Below the pieces are notes generated by a model. That model saw nothing but the letters and a program-made list of their open reading frames with translations. It searched no databases and was not told the origin of the DNA. Below are positions 19,034 to 30,051 of a stretch of 64,000 nucleotides of DNA, piece after piece. Origin of the DNA: Clostridiales bacterium. GTDB taxonomy: Bacteria > Bacillota > Clostridia > Christensenellales > Aristaeellaceae. The stretch is taken from the NCBI GenBank assembly GCA_012728815.1, contig JAAYEI010000045.1:21560-85559 (forward strand), given 5' to 3'. The position numbers and the translations under genes are program-made. The stretch's first letter is position 1; each line of letters opens with the position of its first letter.

Positions 19034-19285
19034 ATGACCGCCGCCTACAGAATCCGCAACCTGGGCTGCGCTGCCTGCGCGGCCAAGATGGAGCGCAAAA
19101 TCAAGGCGCTGCCCGGCGTGCACGCAGTCCGGGTCAATTTTCTCACCCAGCGGCTGACCCTGGAGGCCGAGGAGGCCCGGCTGGACCAGCTGGCCCGCGC
19201 AGCCGGGGAAATCATCCGCAAGATTGAACCCCAGGCGCGGCTGCAGCTGCCTGACCAGCCGGCTGCCAAAGGGGCAACCCCATGA
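19034..19285 (+). CDS. Heavy-metal-associated (HMA) domain protein, stand-alone
   Basis: Start at MTAAYRIRNLGCAACAAKMERKI (ATG 19034, GGAGGG 7 nt upstream). The GCAAC metal-binding loop and beta-alpha-beta-beta-alpha-beta length fit an HMA domain. The stop overlaps the ATPase start (ATGA). Confidence 0.8.
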   Translation: MTAAYRIRNLGCAACAAKMERKIKALPGVHAVRVNFLTQRLTLEAEEARLDQLARAAGEIIRKIEPQARLQLPDQPAAKGATP

Positions 19286-21174
19286 CCAGGCGCGCCACGC
19301 GCATCCCCCTGGCCCTGGCGTTGCTGGTGGCCGGGCTGCTGCTGCGGGGCAGCCCCGCTCCCAGCGCGGCCCTGTTTCTGGCCGCCTATGCGATTGCGGG
19401 CTTTGATGTGCTGTATGGCGCGCTGCGGGGCGTGCTGGGCGGCCAGGTGTTTGATGAGAACTTTTTGATGTCCATCGCCACCGTGGGCGCGCTGGCCCTG
19501 GGCGAGTTCGCCGAGGCGGTGGCGGTGATGGTGTTCTACCAGACGGGCGAGCTGTTCCAGGACTACGCGGTGGACAGGTCCCGACGTTCCATCGCCCAGG
19601 CCATGGACCTGCGCCCGGACAGCGCCAACCTGCTGGTGGACGGCCAGGCGCGCGCCGTGGCGCCGGAGCAGGTGCAGGTGGGCGACCTGATCCTGGTCCG
19701 CCCGGGGGAGAAGCTGCCGCTGGACGGCCAGGTGGTCAGCGGCATCAGCCAGCTGGACACCGCGGCGCTGACCGGGGAGGCGCTGCCCCGGGAAGCCGGG
19801 CCCGGGGATGAGGTGTTGAGCGGCTGCGTCAATTTGACCGGCGTGCTCACCCTGCGGGTGACCCGCCCCCTCGCGCAGTCCACCGTGAGCCGGATTCTGG
19901 AGATGGTGGAGACAGCCACCGACCGCAAATCCCGCCAGGAGGCCTTCATCACCCGGTTTTCCGCCATCTACACCCCGGTGGTGGTGATCCTGGCGCTGCT
20001 GCTGGCCTTTGTGCCCCCGCTGCTGATGCCGGGGGCGCTGCTGTCGGACTGGGTGTACCGGGCGCTCAACTTCCTGGTGGTGTCCTGCCCCTGCGCGCTG
20101 GTCATCTCCATCCCCCTGGCTTTCTTTGGGGGCATCGGCGGCGCCTCCCGCGCGGGCATCCTGGCCAAGGGCTCCAACTACCTGGAGGCGCTGGCGCGCG
20201 CGGACACCTTTGTGTTTGACAAGACAGGCACCCTGACCCGGGGCTATTTCACGGTCAGCCAGGTAAGCAGCCTGGAGCTGCCCCCCGGGCGCCTGGTCGA
20301 GCTGGCCGCCCTGGCGGAACAGCACTCCCTGCACCCCATCGGGCAGGCCATCCTGCGTGCCTATGACCAGGCGCCCGACCCCGCCCGCGCAAGCCAGGTG
20401 AAGGAGCAGCCCGGCGGGGGCATCAGCGCGCTGGTGGACGGCCTGCAGGTGGTGGTGGGCAGCGCGCGGCTGCTCAAGGACCAGGGCGTCCCCCTGCCGG
20501 AGGACATCCCAAGCGCCGGCACGATGAGCCATGTGGCGGTGGACGGGGCCTACGCGGGCAGCATCCTGGTCACCGACCAGGTCAAGCCCTGCGCCGCCCA
20601 GGCCATGGCGGGCCTGCGCCGGCAGGGCGCCCGGCGGCTGGTCATGCTGACCGGGGACAGCGAGGCCGCCGCCCAGCCTGTTGCCCAGGCCCTGGGGCTG
20701 GACAGCCTGCACGCGGGCCTGCTGCCCCAGGACAAGGTCTGTCAGCTGGAGGCCATGCTGGCCGCCCCCGGCAGGCGGGGCCGGCTGGCCTTTGTGGGCG
20801 ATGGCGTGAACGATGCTCCGGTGCTGGCCCGGGCCGACGTGGGCTTCGCCATGGGCGGCCTGGGCTCGGACGCCGCCATTGAGGCGGCCGACATCGTCAT
20901 CATGAACGATGACCCCTGCAAGCTGGTCACCGCGGTGGCCATTGCCCGGCGCACCGTGCGCATCGCGACCCAGAACGCGGTGTTCGCCATCTCGGTCAAG
21001 GCGCTGGTGCTGCTGCTGTCCGCCCTGGGCCTGTCCACGCTGTGGCTGGCGGTCTTCGCGGATGTGGGCGTGGCGGTGCTGGCCATCCTCAATGCCATGC
21101 GGGGGCTGAAGGTGCCCCGGGAGAACAACGCCTGCATGGTGGACAGCCCCTCGCCACAGCCCGTGGCGGTCTGA
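19282..21174 (+). CDS. Heavy-metal-translocating P1B-type ATPase (Cd/Zn/Co/Pb type)
   Basis: 630 aa. TM6 CPC motif (VVSCPCALVIS), DKTGTLT phosphorylation site, HSLHPIG, GDGVNDAP hinge. It lacks its own N-terminal HMA domain, which is encoded by the preceding ORF. Confidence 0.9.
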   Translation: MTRRATRIPLALALLVAGLLLRGSPAPSAALFLAAYAIAGFDVLYGALRGVLGGQVFDENFLMSIATVGALALGEFAEAVAVMVFYQTGELFQDYAVDRSRRSIAQAMDLRPDSANLLVDGQARAVAPEQVQVGDLILVRPGEKLPLDGQVVSGISQLDTAALTGEALPREAGPGDEVLSGCVNLTGVLTLRVTRPLAQSTVSRILEMVETATDRKSRQEAFITRFSAIYTPVVVILALLLAFVPPLLMPGALLSDWVYRALNFLVVSCPCALVISIPLAFFGGIGGASRAGILAKGSNYLEALARADTFVFDKTGTLTRGYFTVSQVSSLELPPGRLVELAALAEQHSLHPIGQAILRAYDQAPDPARASQVKEQPGGGISALVDGLQVVVGSARLLKDQGVPLPEDIPSAGTMSHVAVDGAYAGSILVTDQVKPCAAQAMAGLRRQGARRLVMLTGDSEAAAQPVAQALGLDSLHAGLLPQDKVCQLEAMLAAPGRRGRLAFVGDGVNDAPVLARADVGFAMGGLGSDAAIEAADIVIMNDDPCKLVTAVAIARRTVRIATQNAVFAISVKALVLLLSALGLSTLWLAVFADVGVAVLAILNAMRGLKVPRENNACMVDSPSPQPVAV

Positions 21175-21199
21175 GCCGGAAAGCCTTTACCTTTTGACG

Positions 21200-21230
21200 C
21201 CCTGCCCCTATCATGGGGGCAGGGTTTTGT
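21200..21230 (+). terminator. Rho-independent terminator after the P-type ATPase
   Basis: CCCTGCCCC (21200-21208), 7-nt loop, GGGGCAGGG (21216-21224), then TTTTGT. Confidence 0.75.
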
Positions 21231-21400
21231 GCCGGATGCATCAAGAAACGCGCCGATGGGCCGGGGCGTGCCGCCACCAGGCGGGTGAAGGCGGCTGGAA
21301 GGCCCATGCCGCAGGAGATGCTCAGGCGGAGTTGGCGGGCAATAAAAGTGCCATGCTGAATTGAGGCCGGCAGGCCGCGTTCAGCAAGGGGGGTGAGGGC

Positions 21401-22606
21401 ATGGAGGCCATCATGTACGGGGCGGGCAAGGTCGGGCGCGGCTTCATCGGCGCGCTGATGGCAAAGGGTGGCTACCAGGTGACCTTTGTGGACGCGGATG
21501 AGCGCCTGGTCGCGCTCATCAATGAGCGGGGACGGTACAGCCTGCGGGTGGTGTCAGACGCCGGGCAGCGGGATGAGGTCATCCAGCCGGTCCGCGCCCT
21601 GTCCAGCCAGGATGAGGCCGCGGTCATCCAGGCCATTGCCGGCTGCGGCCTGATGGCCACCGCGGTGGGCGCGCGGGCGCTGCCCCTGATCGCCCCTGCC
21701 CTGCGCCAGGGCATCCTGCGGCGCTTTGAGCGCGACGCCCTGCCGCTGAACATCCTCGTGTGTGAGAACCTGATGGACGCGGGCCAGGTGCTTTGTGGCC
21801 TGGTCAAGCAGGGCCTGGACAGGGAGCAGGCCGCCCGGGTGGACCGGGAGATCGGCTTTGTGGGGGCCTCCATCGGGCGCATGGTGCCCCTTCAGACGGA
21901 GGCCCAGCAGGCATGGGACCCGCTGGGCGTGCGCGTGGAGCCCTACGCCTTCCTGCCGGTTGACCAGGCCGCCCTGCGCGGCCAGCCGCCAGCCCTGCCC
22001 GGCCTGGTGCCCCACAGCCCCTTTGACTACTACCTCAAGCGCAAGCTTTACCTGCACAACATGAGCCACGCCCTGTGCGCCTACCTGGGGATGTACCTGG
22101 GGGATGAGGCGCTGGCCCGAACCGTCAGCCGCCCGCAGGTGGAGCTGATGGCCCGCGCCGCCATGGGGGAGGCCGCGCTGGCGCTGCACCTGGCCTACCG
22201 GCAGCCCATGGCCGACCTCCTGGCCCATGTGGACGACCTGCTCCACCGCTACCGGAACCATGCCCTGGGCGACAGCAACGCCCGGGTGGGCGCTGACATC
22301 CCCCGCAAGCTGGCCGCCAGGGACAGGCTGGTCGGCGCGGCGGATTTCTGCCTGCAGCAAGGCGTTGAACCGCGGTTCATCACGCTGGGCGCGGGGGCAG
22401 CCCTGCATATCCACCTGCAAGCACAAGGCCAGGGGCAGAAAGACGCGGCGGCTACCCTGGCCGCCCTGAGCGGCCTGAAGGCAAATTCGCCGCTGGGGCA
22501 GCTGATTCTGGGGCATTGCCAGGCCCTGGCCGGCGGCATCACCCTGGACAGCCTGTACCAGGCCGCGCGCAGCGCGCAGGCCAAGCGGCGCGGGCCTGTT
22601 GTCTGA
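21401..22606 (+). CDS. Mannitol-1-phosphate 5-dehydrogenase-like (long-chain mannitol dehydrogenase family)
   Basis: 401 aa. YGAGKVGRGFIG Rossmann start, NILVCENL, GFVGASIGRMVP, KL.LHN..HA..AYLG. Collinear with my recollection of MtlD; the substrate is not certain. Confidence 0.7.
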   Translation: MEAIMYGAGKVGRGFIGALMAKGGYQVTFVDADERLVALINERGRYSLRVVSDAGQRDEVIQPVRALSSQDEAAVIQAIAGCGLMATAVGARALPLIAPALRQGILRRFERDALPLNILVCENLMDAGQVLCGLVKQGLDREQAARVDREIGFVGASIGRMVPLQTEAQQAWDPLGVRVEPYAFLPVDQAALRGQPPALPGLVPHSPFDYYLKRKLYLHNMSHALCAYLGMYLGDEALARTVSRPQVELMARAAMGEAALALHLAYRQPMADLLAHVDDLLHRYRNHALGDSNARVGADIPRKLAARDRLVGAADFCLQQGVEPRFITLGAGAALHIHLQAQGQGQKDAAATLAALSGLKANSPLGQLILGHCQALAGGITLDSLYQAARSAQAKRRGPVV

Positions 22607-22630
22607 CACCAGCCTGCAAAGGAGGCACGC

Positions 22631-23191
22631 ATGAACATTCTGATTTTATCCGGTTCACCCAAGCGGCCCGGGGAGGGGCTGTGCCAGTCCCTCATCCAGG
22701 CCGTCCAGCACGGCGTCCGGGAGGCGGGCGGGCAGCCCAGCGTCCTCTCCTTTTCCGGCCTGCCCCGCTGCCGGGTGTGCGGGGAGGGCTGGGGCACCTG
22801 CCTGGAGACGCAGGCCTGCGCCTTTGGGGCGGATGGCTTTGACAGCGGGCACCAGGCGGTGAAGCAGGCGGATGCCCTGGTGCTGGTCACGCCGGTCTAC
22901 TTCGGGGAGATGTCCGAGAGCCTGAAGGCCTTCACCGACCGGCTGCGCCGCTGCGAGTTCAGCCGCCAGGAGGCCACCCGTGGCAAACAGGCCCTGCTGG
23001 TGGCCTCCGCCGGCGGCTCGGGCAACGGGATTGTGAGCTGCCTCAACCAGATGGAGCGCTTCTGCCAGCACACCGGCATCAAGGTGTATGACATGGTGGG
23101 CGTCAACCGCTGGAACAGCGAATACAAGCGCGCGGCCCTTTTGGCGGCCGCGCGCGGTCTGGTGTCTGCCCTCGGCAAATCAGCGCCCTAG
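22631..23191 (+). CDS. Flavodoxin-like fold / NAD(P)H-dependent FMN reductase-type protein with Cys-rich insert
   Basis: 186 aa. MNILILSGSPKR start and LVLVTPVYFGEMSE are typical of the FMN-reductase / iron-sulfur flavoprotein family. Also carries a CRVCGEGWGTC..C cysteine cluster. Confidence 0.6.
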   Translation: MNILILSGSPKRPGEGLCQSLIQAVQHGVREAGGQPSVLSFSGLPRCRVCGEGWGTCLETQACAFGADGFDSGHQAVKQADALVLVTPVYFGEMSESLKAFTDRLRRCEFSRQEATRGKQALLVASAGGSGNGIVSCLNQMERFCQHTGIKVYDMVGVNRWNSEYKRAALLAAARGLVSALGKSAP

Positions 23192-24198
23192 TTCCCGCCC
23201 AGCCCGTGGTAGAAGGCCAGGGTCTGCTCCAGTGGCAGGATGCCGCTGTAGCTGTCCCTCTCCAGCAGGGAGCGGGCGGCCGTGGCCGTGCCCAGGCGCA
23301 GCGCCTCCAGCAGGCCTGCCCCCTCATGGGCCGCGTGCAGCACCCCGGCAGCAAAGGCGTCCCCCGCCCCGGTGGTGCCCTGGATGCGCGCCGGGGGCAG
23401 CTGCAAACTGGGCAGGCCCTGGGCCACCCCCTCATGCCCCATGCCCCAGGCGCCCTCCGGGCTGTGGATGATGGCCCAGCGGTGTACCCCCATGCCCATC
23501 AGCGCTGACAGGGTCCGGGGCAGCTGGTCCCTGAGCAGCCTGCCGCCCGGCTCGCGCAACACCACACCGGTGATCTGCTGGGCTTCCAGCTCGTTGATGA
23601 TGACATAGTCGCTGTGCCGGAGTGCCGGGGGCACCAGCTCCTTGTAGCGGCCACCCCGCTGGGTGACCACGTCCACGCTGGTCTGTATCCCCAGGCGCCT
23701 GGCCTCCATCAGCAGCCGCGCCAGGCGGGTGCCATGCTCCGGGTCGGGCCGGTCCAGGCCCGCGTTGAGCAGGATGTAGCCCGCGTGCAGGATGCGCGCG
23801 GGCAGGGCGGCCAGGTCCAGGCTGCTGTCATCCAGCAGGTCCCCGGAGCCACAGGAGGTGAAGAAGGTGCGCTCGCGGCTCTCCTGGTCGTTGATCACCA
23901 GGGTGTAGGCGGTTTCCTCCCCCCTGATGAGGCGGCTGGTGTCAATGCCGGGGTGCTCCCCAAAGCGCGCGCGGATGAAGGCGCCTTCCCTGTCCTGGCC
24001 CAGCACGCCGCAGACAAAGACGGGCAAATCCGGGTCCAGCCTGGCCAGGCTGAGGGACACGTTGCAGGCCAGGCCGCCCACTGACATGCCCCGGGGCCCG
24101 TGAATCTGCGCCAGCTCGCCCCGGGCCGGGTAGTGCCCGGCCCGGTAGAGCAAATCCACAATCAGGTTGCCCAGGGTACAGATGCCCCGCCTGTCCAT
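23188..24198 (-). CDS. PfkB-family carbohydrate kinase
   Basis: 336 aa. N-terminal GNLIVDL, the C-terminal TTGAGDAFAAG anion-hole/catalytic motif, and an NELE block. The stop overlaps the convergent flavodoxin-like gene by 4 nt. Confidence 0.8.
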   Translation of the reverse strand: MDRRGICTLGNLIVDLLYRAGHYPARGELAQIHGPRGMSVGGLACNVSLSLARLDPDLPVFVCGVLGQDREGAFIRARFGEHPGIDTSRLIRGEETAYTLVINDQESRERTFFTSCGSGDLLDDSSLDLAALPARILHAGYILLNAGLDRPDPEHGTRLARLLMEARRLGIQTSVDVVTQRGGRYKELVPPALRHSDYVIINELEAQQITGVVLREPGGRLLRDQLPRTLSALMGMGVHRWAIIHSPEGAWGMGHEGVAQGLPSLQLPPARIQGTTGAGDAFAAGVLHAAHEGAGLLEALRLGTATAARSLLERDSYSGILPLEQTLAFYHGLGGN

Positions 24199-24207
24199 GC
24201 CCGCCTC

Positions 24208-25224
24208 CTAACCCGCGAAATCCCTGGCCGCCCGGTGCATGGCAAACAGCGCCCTGGGCGGCAGGTATTCCGGCACGCTGTTGCCGCTGCCCACCGCCCA
24301 GCCGGGACGCCCGGCGCTGCGCGCCAGCATGTCAAGGGTGCGCCGGTAGATGGCTTCCTCCGGCTGGGTGCACAGGTAGTCCATGTCCAGCCCGCCCAGC
24401 AGCGCGATGCGCCCGGCGTACTGTTCGTAGGCCTGCTCGATGGGCTGGATCTTGTCCTCAAAGGAGTGCTTGGCGTCATAGCCCAGGGCGATGATGTCCT
24501 CCATGAGGCTGGCCAGGTTGCCGCAGGAGTGCAAAAACACCGGCCGGCCGGCCTTGTGCACCGTGTCCACAATGCGCCTGTGCCAGGGAAAGACGTATTT
24601 GCGCATCATGTCCGGGCTGAGGAAGGGCTGGGAGTTGAAGCCCCAGTCGTCGTTGCTGGAGATGAGCCCCACGCTGTCATGCTGCAGCGCCAATTCATAG
24701 TAGCGCAGCAGGCGCTCCCCCACCGCGTCAAACACGCGCCCGGCCAGCTGCTCGTTGTCGTACAGCATCAGGCAGAGGTTCTCATAGCCCACCAGCTCAA
24801 TCACGTTTTCCAGCACGCCGCCCGGGCCCATCACCATCACCCGCATGCCGTCGGGCAGGTCGGGCTTGATGTGGGTGAGCAACTCGCTGCTGTAGTCCTC
24901 CGGCTCCGGCCAGGCAAACATGTCAAAGCTGCGCTCATCCACAATGCCCGCGTTGGCATTGAGGGAGCGGGTGTGCTTGGTCTCAAAACCACCGGCGAAG
25001 CGGAAGGCGGAGGCGTGCAGGGTGACATAGTCATAGCCCATCCGGTGAAAGGCAGACAGAGTAAAGCGCGCGCGGCCCAGCGGGCTGTCATCCTGCAGCC
25101 TTTCCCCGTTCACCTGTTCATACAGCGGCTGGTTCATGAACAGCTCAAACAGCACCGGCCGCGCCGGCGACTGCCCGCGCAGCACCCGCAGCAGCTGCCC
25201 AAAATCCGCCTGGTGTGGCTTCAT
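24208..25224 (-). CDS. Uroporphyrinogen decarboxylase (URO-D)-family protein, MtaA/CmuA-like, function unknown
   Basis: 338 aa. D.WGF...FLSP..F..Y..P....IV...H..G.PV.LHSCGN is the URO-D/methylcobamide:CoM methyltransferase-like barrel pattern. Sits 9 nt upstream of the PfkB kinase. Confidence 0.7.
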   Translation of the reverse strand: MKPHQADFGQLLRVLRGQSPARPVLFELFMNQPLYEQVNGERLQDDSPLGRARFTLSAFHRMGYDYVTLHASAFRFAGGFETKHTRSLNANAGIVDERSFDMFAWPEPEDYSSELLTHIKPDLPDGMRVMVMGPGGVLENVIELVGYENLCLMLYDNEQLAGRVFDAVGERLLRYYELALQHDSVGLISSNDDWGFNSQPFLSPDMMRKYVFPWHRRIVDTVHKAGRPVFLHSCGNLASLMEDIIALGYDAKHSFEDKIQPIEQAYEQYAGRIALLGGLDMDYLCTQPEEAIYRRTLDMLARSAGRPGWAVGSGNSVPEYLPPRALFAMHRAARDFAG

Positions 25225-25283
25225 CGGCTGATCCTCCGCTTTGTGTCTGTATACCGTATGCTACCCAAGGCAGCGGGGCGCTG

Positions 25284-26246
25284 TCAAGCCAGCGGCATTC
25301 TGTAGACCCGCACCGCGCACTGGTCCCTGCGCATCGGGTGCCCCGCCGGGATGTCCACCGTGCGCTGATACACGGCGCCGGCCAGCTCGGCTGTGCGCGC
25401 GGAGGCCAGGTTGCCCGGCTGGCAGGTGATGGTAACCTCCGGCATCCCGTGCGCGCGGGCCAGTTCAAACAGCAGCCGGCAGGCGCGGGCGGCCAGGCGC
25501 TGGCCCCGGAAGGGCGGGGCGATCTCATAGCCGATGTTACCCGCCCAGGTGAGCGCCTCCTCATTGCCCAGGCGCAGCTCGCACTGGCCGGCCACCTCAC
25601 CGCCTGCCAGGCGCAGGATGTCAAAGCGGTAGGCGGGCGCATGCCCGCGGGCCTGGTCGCGCTCCCTGCGCCAGGCACAGCGCAGGCAGATGACCCCGTC
25701 ACTGAGGGCGTCGGTGGCTTGAAAGGCGGTGTTCTGTGTGGAGGAGGCCACAAGCTGCCACCGCAGGGCCGGGGTTTCCCGGGTGGTGATGCGCTCCACC
25801 CGCTCCGGCAGCCTGGCCAGGCGCTCGCGGAAAAAGAGGGGGAAGGCGTACAGCCGCGGCAGCTGGGACAGGGGCACCCAGACCGGGTGCTCGGCTGTCC
25901 CGTCCATGCTCACGCCGTGACCGGGCAGATTGTGGTGCCCCTGGGGCTTGAGCAGGTAGTAGAAGGCCAGCTCATGGGCAGGCCTGCCCGCGCTTTCCTG
26001 AAAGAAGTTTTCATGGATAAAGCAGAGCCGGTCAATCTCATAACGCAGCCCGGTCTCCTCATACGCCTCCCGCAGCACCGCCTCATCCGTGGTCTCCTGC
26101 AGGCGCACCCCGCCGCCGATGGCGTAGTAATAGGGATCGCGCACGTTTTGCGCCATCAGCACGCAGCCCGCCTCCAGGATGATGGCGGCGGCCCGCAGGC
26201 GAAACCAGCCCCGCGCTTGGTCAATGAAGCAGTCCATGGCCTTCAT
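25284..26246 (-). CDS. NUDIX hydrolase - GNAT acetyltransferase fusion protein
   Basis: Start at MKAMDCFIDQ (ATG 26246); the 432-aa track ORF is over-extended. Nudix box GGGVRLQETTDEAVLREAYEETGL in the N-terminal half. The C-terminal half has the GNAT motif-A-like FRGQRLAARACRLLFELAR. Confidence 0.7.
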   Translation of the reverse strand: MKAMDCFIDQARGWFRLRAAAIILEAGCVLMAQNVRDPYYYAIGGGVRLQETTDEAVLREAYEETGLRYEIDRLCFIHENFFQESAGRPAHELAFYYLLKPQGHHNLPGHGVSMDGTAEHPVWVPLSQLPRLYAFPLFFRERLARLPERVERITTRETPALRWQLVASSTQNTAFQATDALSDGVICLRCAWRRERDQARGHAPAYRFDILRLAGGEVAGQCELRLGNEEALTWAGNIGYEIAPPFRGQRLAARACRLLFELARAHGMPEVTITCQPGNLASARTAELAGAVYQRTVDIPAGHPMRRDQCAVRVYRMPLA

Positions 26247-26359
26247 GCGCCCTTCCCCCTGATCGCTTGCTTTTCCCTGCCCTGTATAGCACAGGAAAAG
26301 GCGCCGCGCAAGAAAAACCCGCCAGGGACTGGCGGGCGTGAAGGATGTCCGGAAACAGG

Positions 26360-27319
26360 TCAGCGCTGGCCCTTGTCGTAGGGCACACCGCTGGCCCGGG
26401 GGGCCTGGGAGCGCTTGCTGGTGAAGGCCAGGGCGATCAGGGTCGCGATGAAGGGCACCATCTTGTAGATGTCGCTGGGGATGCCCAGCCCCTGCAGGAT
26501 GGGGATGCCCGAATAGGCTGAGGCGATGGTTTTCATCAGCCCGAAGAAGAATGCGGCCACCAGGATGCGCAGCGGCTTCCACTGGCCGAAGATCAGCACG
26601 GCCAGCGCCAGGAAGCCATAGCCGGACACTGTGGCGTTGAAGTTGGTGGAGGTGGGGATGACATACACCAGCCCGCCCAGCCCGGCCAGGGCGCCGGAGA
26701 TGAGCACGCCCGCGTAGCGCATCCTGTACACGTTGATGCCCACGCTGTCCGCCGCCTGGGGGTGCTCGCCGCAGGCGCGCAGCCGCAGCCCAAAGCGGGT
26801 GCGGTAGAGCACGAAGGCGGCCGCCAGGAAGATGATGATGCCGATGTAGGTGGTCAGGTAGGCGTTGCGGAAGAACATCGGCCCCAGCACCGGGATGTCG
26901 CCCAGCAGGGGCACCCTGGGGATGCGGAAGGTGTTGGTGAACTCGATTTGCTGCACGCCGTTGGGCTGGATCATCCGGGCCAAGTAGATGGCGCTGGCCG
27001 GGGCGATCATGTTCAGCGCGGTGCCGGAGATGGTCTGGTCAGAGCGCAGGGAGACGGCGGCGTAGGCGTGCAGCAGGGAGAAGGCCATGCCGGTGAGCAC
27101 GGCCACCAGGACGGCCAGCAGCAGCAACGCCTGGCCGCTCATGCCCGACTGCAGCAGGCTGATGAGCAGGATGGAGGTGAAGGCGCCGGACACCATGATG
27201 CCCTCCAGCGCGATGTTCACCACGCCTGAGCGCTCGGAGAACATGCCCCCCAGCGCCACAATCAGCAGGGGAATGGAGAAGAACATCATCTGCTGTACCA
27301 GGAAATATACCGCGTCCAT
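26360..27319 (-). CDS. ABC transporter permease, BMP/nucleoside uptake family (YufQ/NupQ/RnsD-like)
   Basis: 319 aa polytopic protein. VVNIALEGIM, CGE.P.AADS.GINV and YDKG at the C-terminus are typical. Last gene of a four-gene operon. Confidence 0.85.
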   Translation of the reverse strand: MDAVYFLVQQMMFFSIPLLIVALGGMFSERSGVVNIALEGIMVSGAFTSILLISLLQSGMSGQALLLLAVLVAVLTGMAFSLLHAYAAVSLRSDQTISGTALNMIAPASAIYLARMIQPNGVQQIEFTNTFRIPRVPLLGDIPVLGPMFFRNAYLTTYIGIIIFLAAAFVLYRTRFGLRLRACGEHPQAADSVGINVYRMRYAGVLISGALAGLGGLVYVIPTSTNFNATVSGYGFLALAVLIFGQWKPLRILVAAFFFGLMKTIASAYSGIPILQGLGIPSDIYKMVPFIATLIALAFTSKRSQAPRASGVPYDKGQR

Positions 27320-28444
27320 CAGTCTGCCTCCCTTTCCTGTCCGCGTGCCTGCTCCCGCCGGGCGCGCCGCCTGCCCGCGGCGGCGATGACATCGCGCACC
27401 AGCAGCGAGAAGGCGCTGAAGTAGATGATCAGGCCGATGATGACCTCGATGATCTCCTTCATGTACTTGAGCGACTGCAGGTAGGCGCCGCCCACGGTGA
27501 TGTGCGCGATGAACAGCCCCGTGAAGATGATGCCGATGGGGTTGGACATGCCCAGCAGCGCCACCGCGATGCCGTTGAAGCCCTGGGCGGCCAGCACCTC
27601 GGCCACGTGGATGTGCATGCCCGAGGGGGGCGCCAGGTACATCAGCGCGCCGGCCACGCCCGCCAGCCCCCCGGCAATGGCCATGGAGGTGATGATGGCG
27701 CGGTTCTCGCTGATGCCCGCGTAGCGGCTGGCGTGGCGGTTGTGCCCGCAGGCCTTGAGTTCATAGCCAAAGGTGGTTTTGTTGAGCACCACATACACCA
27801 GCAGGGCCAGCCCGATGGCAATCAGGATGCCCGCGTTGACCGAGGAGGCGTCGTGGTAGGCGCCCTTCAGGATATAGAACACCCGGTCCAGCCCCGCCTT
27901 GGGGATGACGGCGTTGGGCGCCACATTGACCGTCTGGTTCTTCAACGCGTCAAAGAGGTGGGAGTTCTTGATCAGGTAGTTGATGCCGTACATGCCAATG
28001 TAGTTGAGCATGATGGAGGTGATGACCTCATGGACGTTGAGCAGCGCCTTGAACAGCCCCACCACCATGCCCCACAGGCTGCCCGCCAGCATCCCCAGCA
28101 GCAGCGCCACCACCCAGTGCCAGGCGCCGGGCAGGAAGGTCCAGGTGGCGCCCACATAAACGGACACAAAGCCGCCCACCATCAGCTGGCCCGCGGCGCC
28201 GATGTTGAACATGCCGGTCTTGAAGGCAAAGCCCACCGACAGCCCGGTCATGATCAGCGGGGTGGCGTAATACAGCACCTGGCCCACGCCCTTCATGCCG
28301 TTGTTCCACCCGCCCATGAGCACCATGCCCAGGCCCTTGAGGGCGTTGGCCGGGTTGCTGATCAGCAGGATGAGGAAGCCCGCCAGCAGGCCCGCCAGGA
28401 TGGCCAGCAGCGAGGCGGACATCCCGGAAAGCCCTTTTCTGATC

Positions 28445-28458
<14 letters not shown>
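27319..28458 (-). CDS. ABC transporter permease, BMP/nucleoside uptake family (YufP/NupP/RnsC-like)
   Basis: 379 aa polytopic protein. FNIGAAGQ, ELKACG.N...SRYAGI and AQGFNGIAVALLG blocks. Overlaps both neighbouring genes. Confidence 0.85.
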
Positions 28459-29974
<1,516 letters not shown>

Positions 29975-30051
29975 GATCTTTCCTATGATCCTGTTTTGTA
30001 GCCGGATGTGAAAAAAACCGGCTGCCCGCGCGGGCAGCCGGTTTGCCGGGT

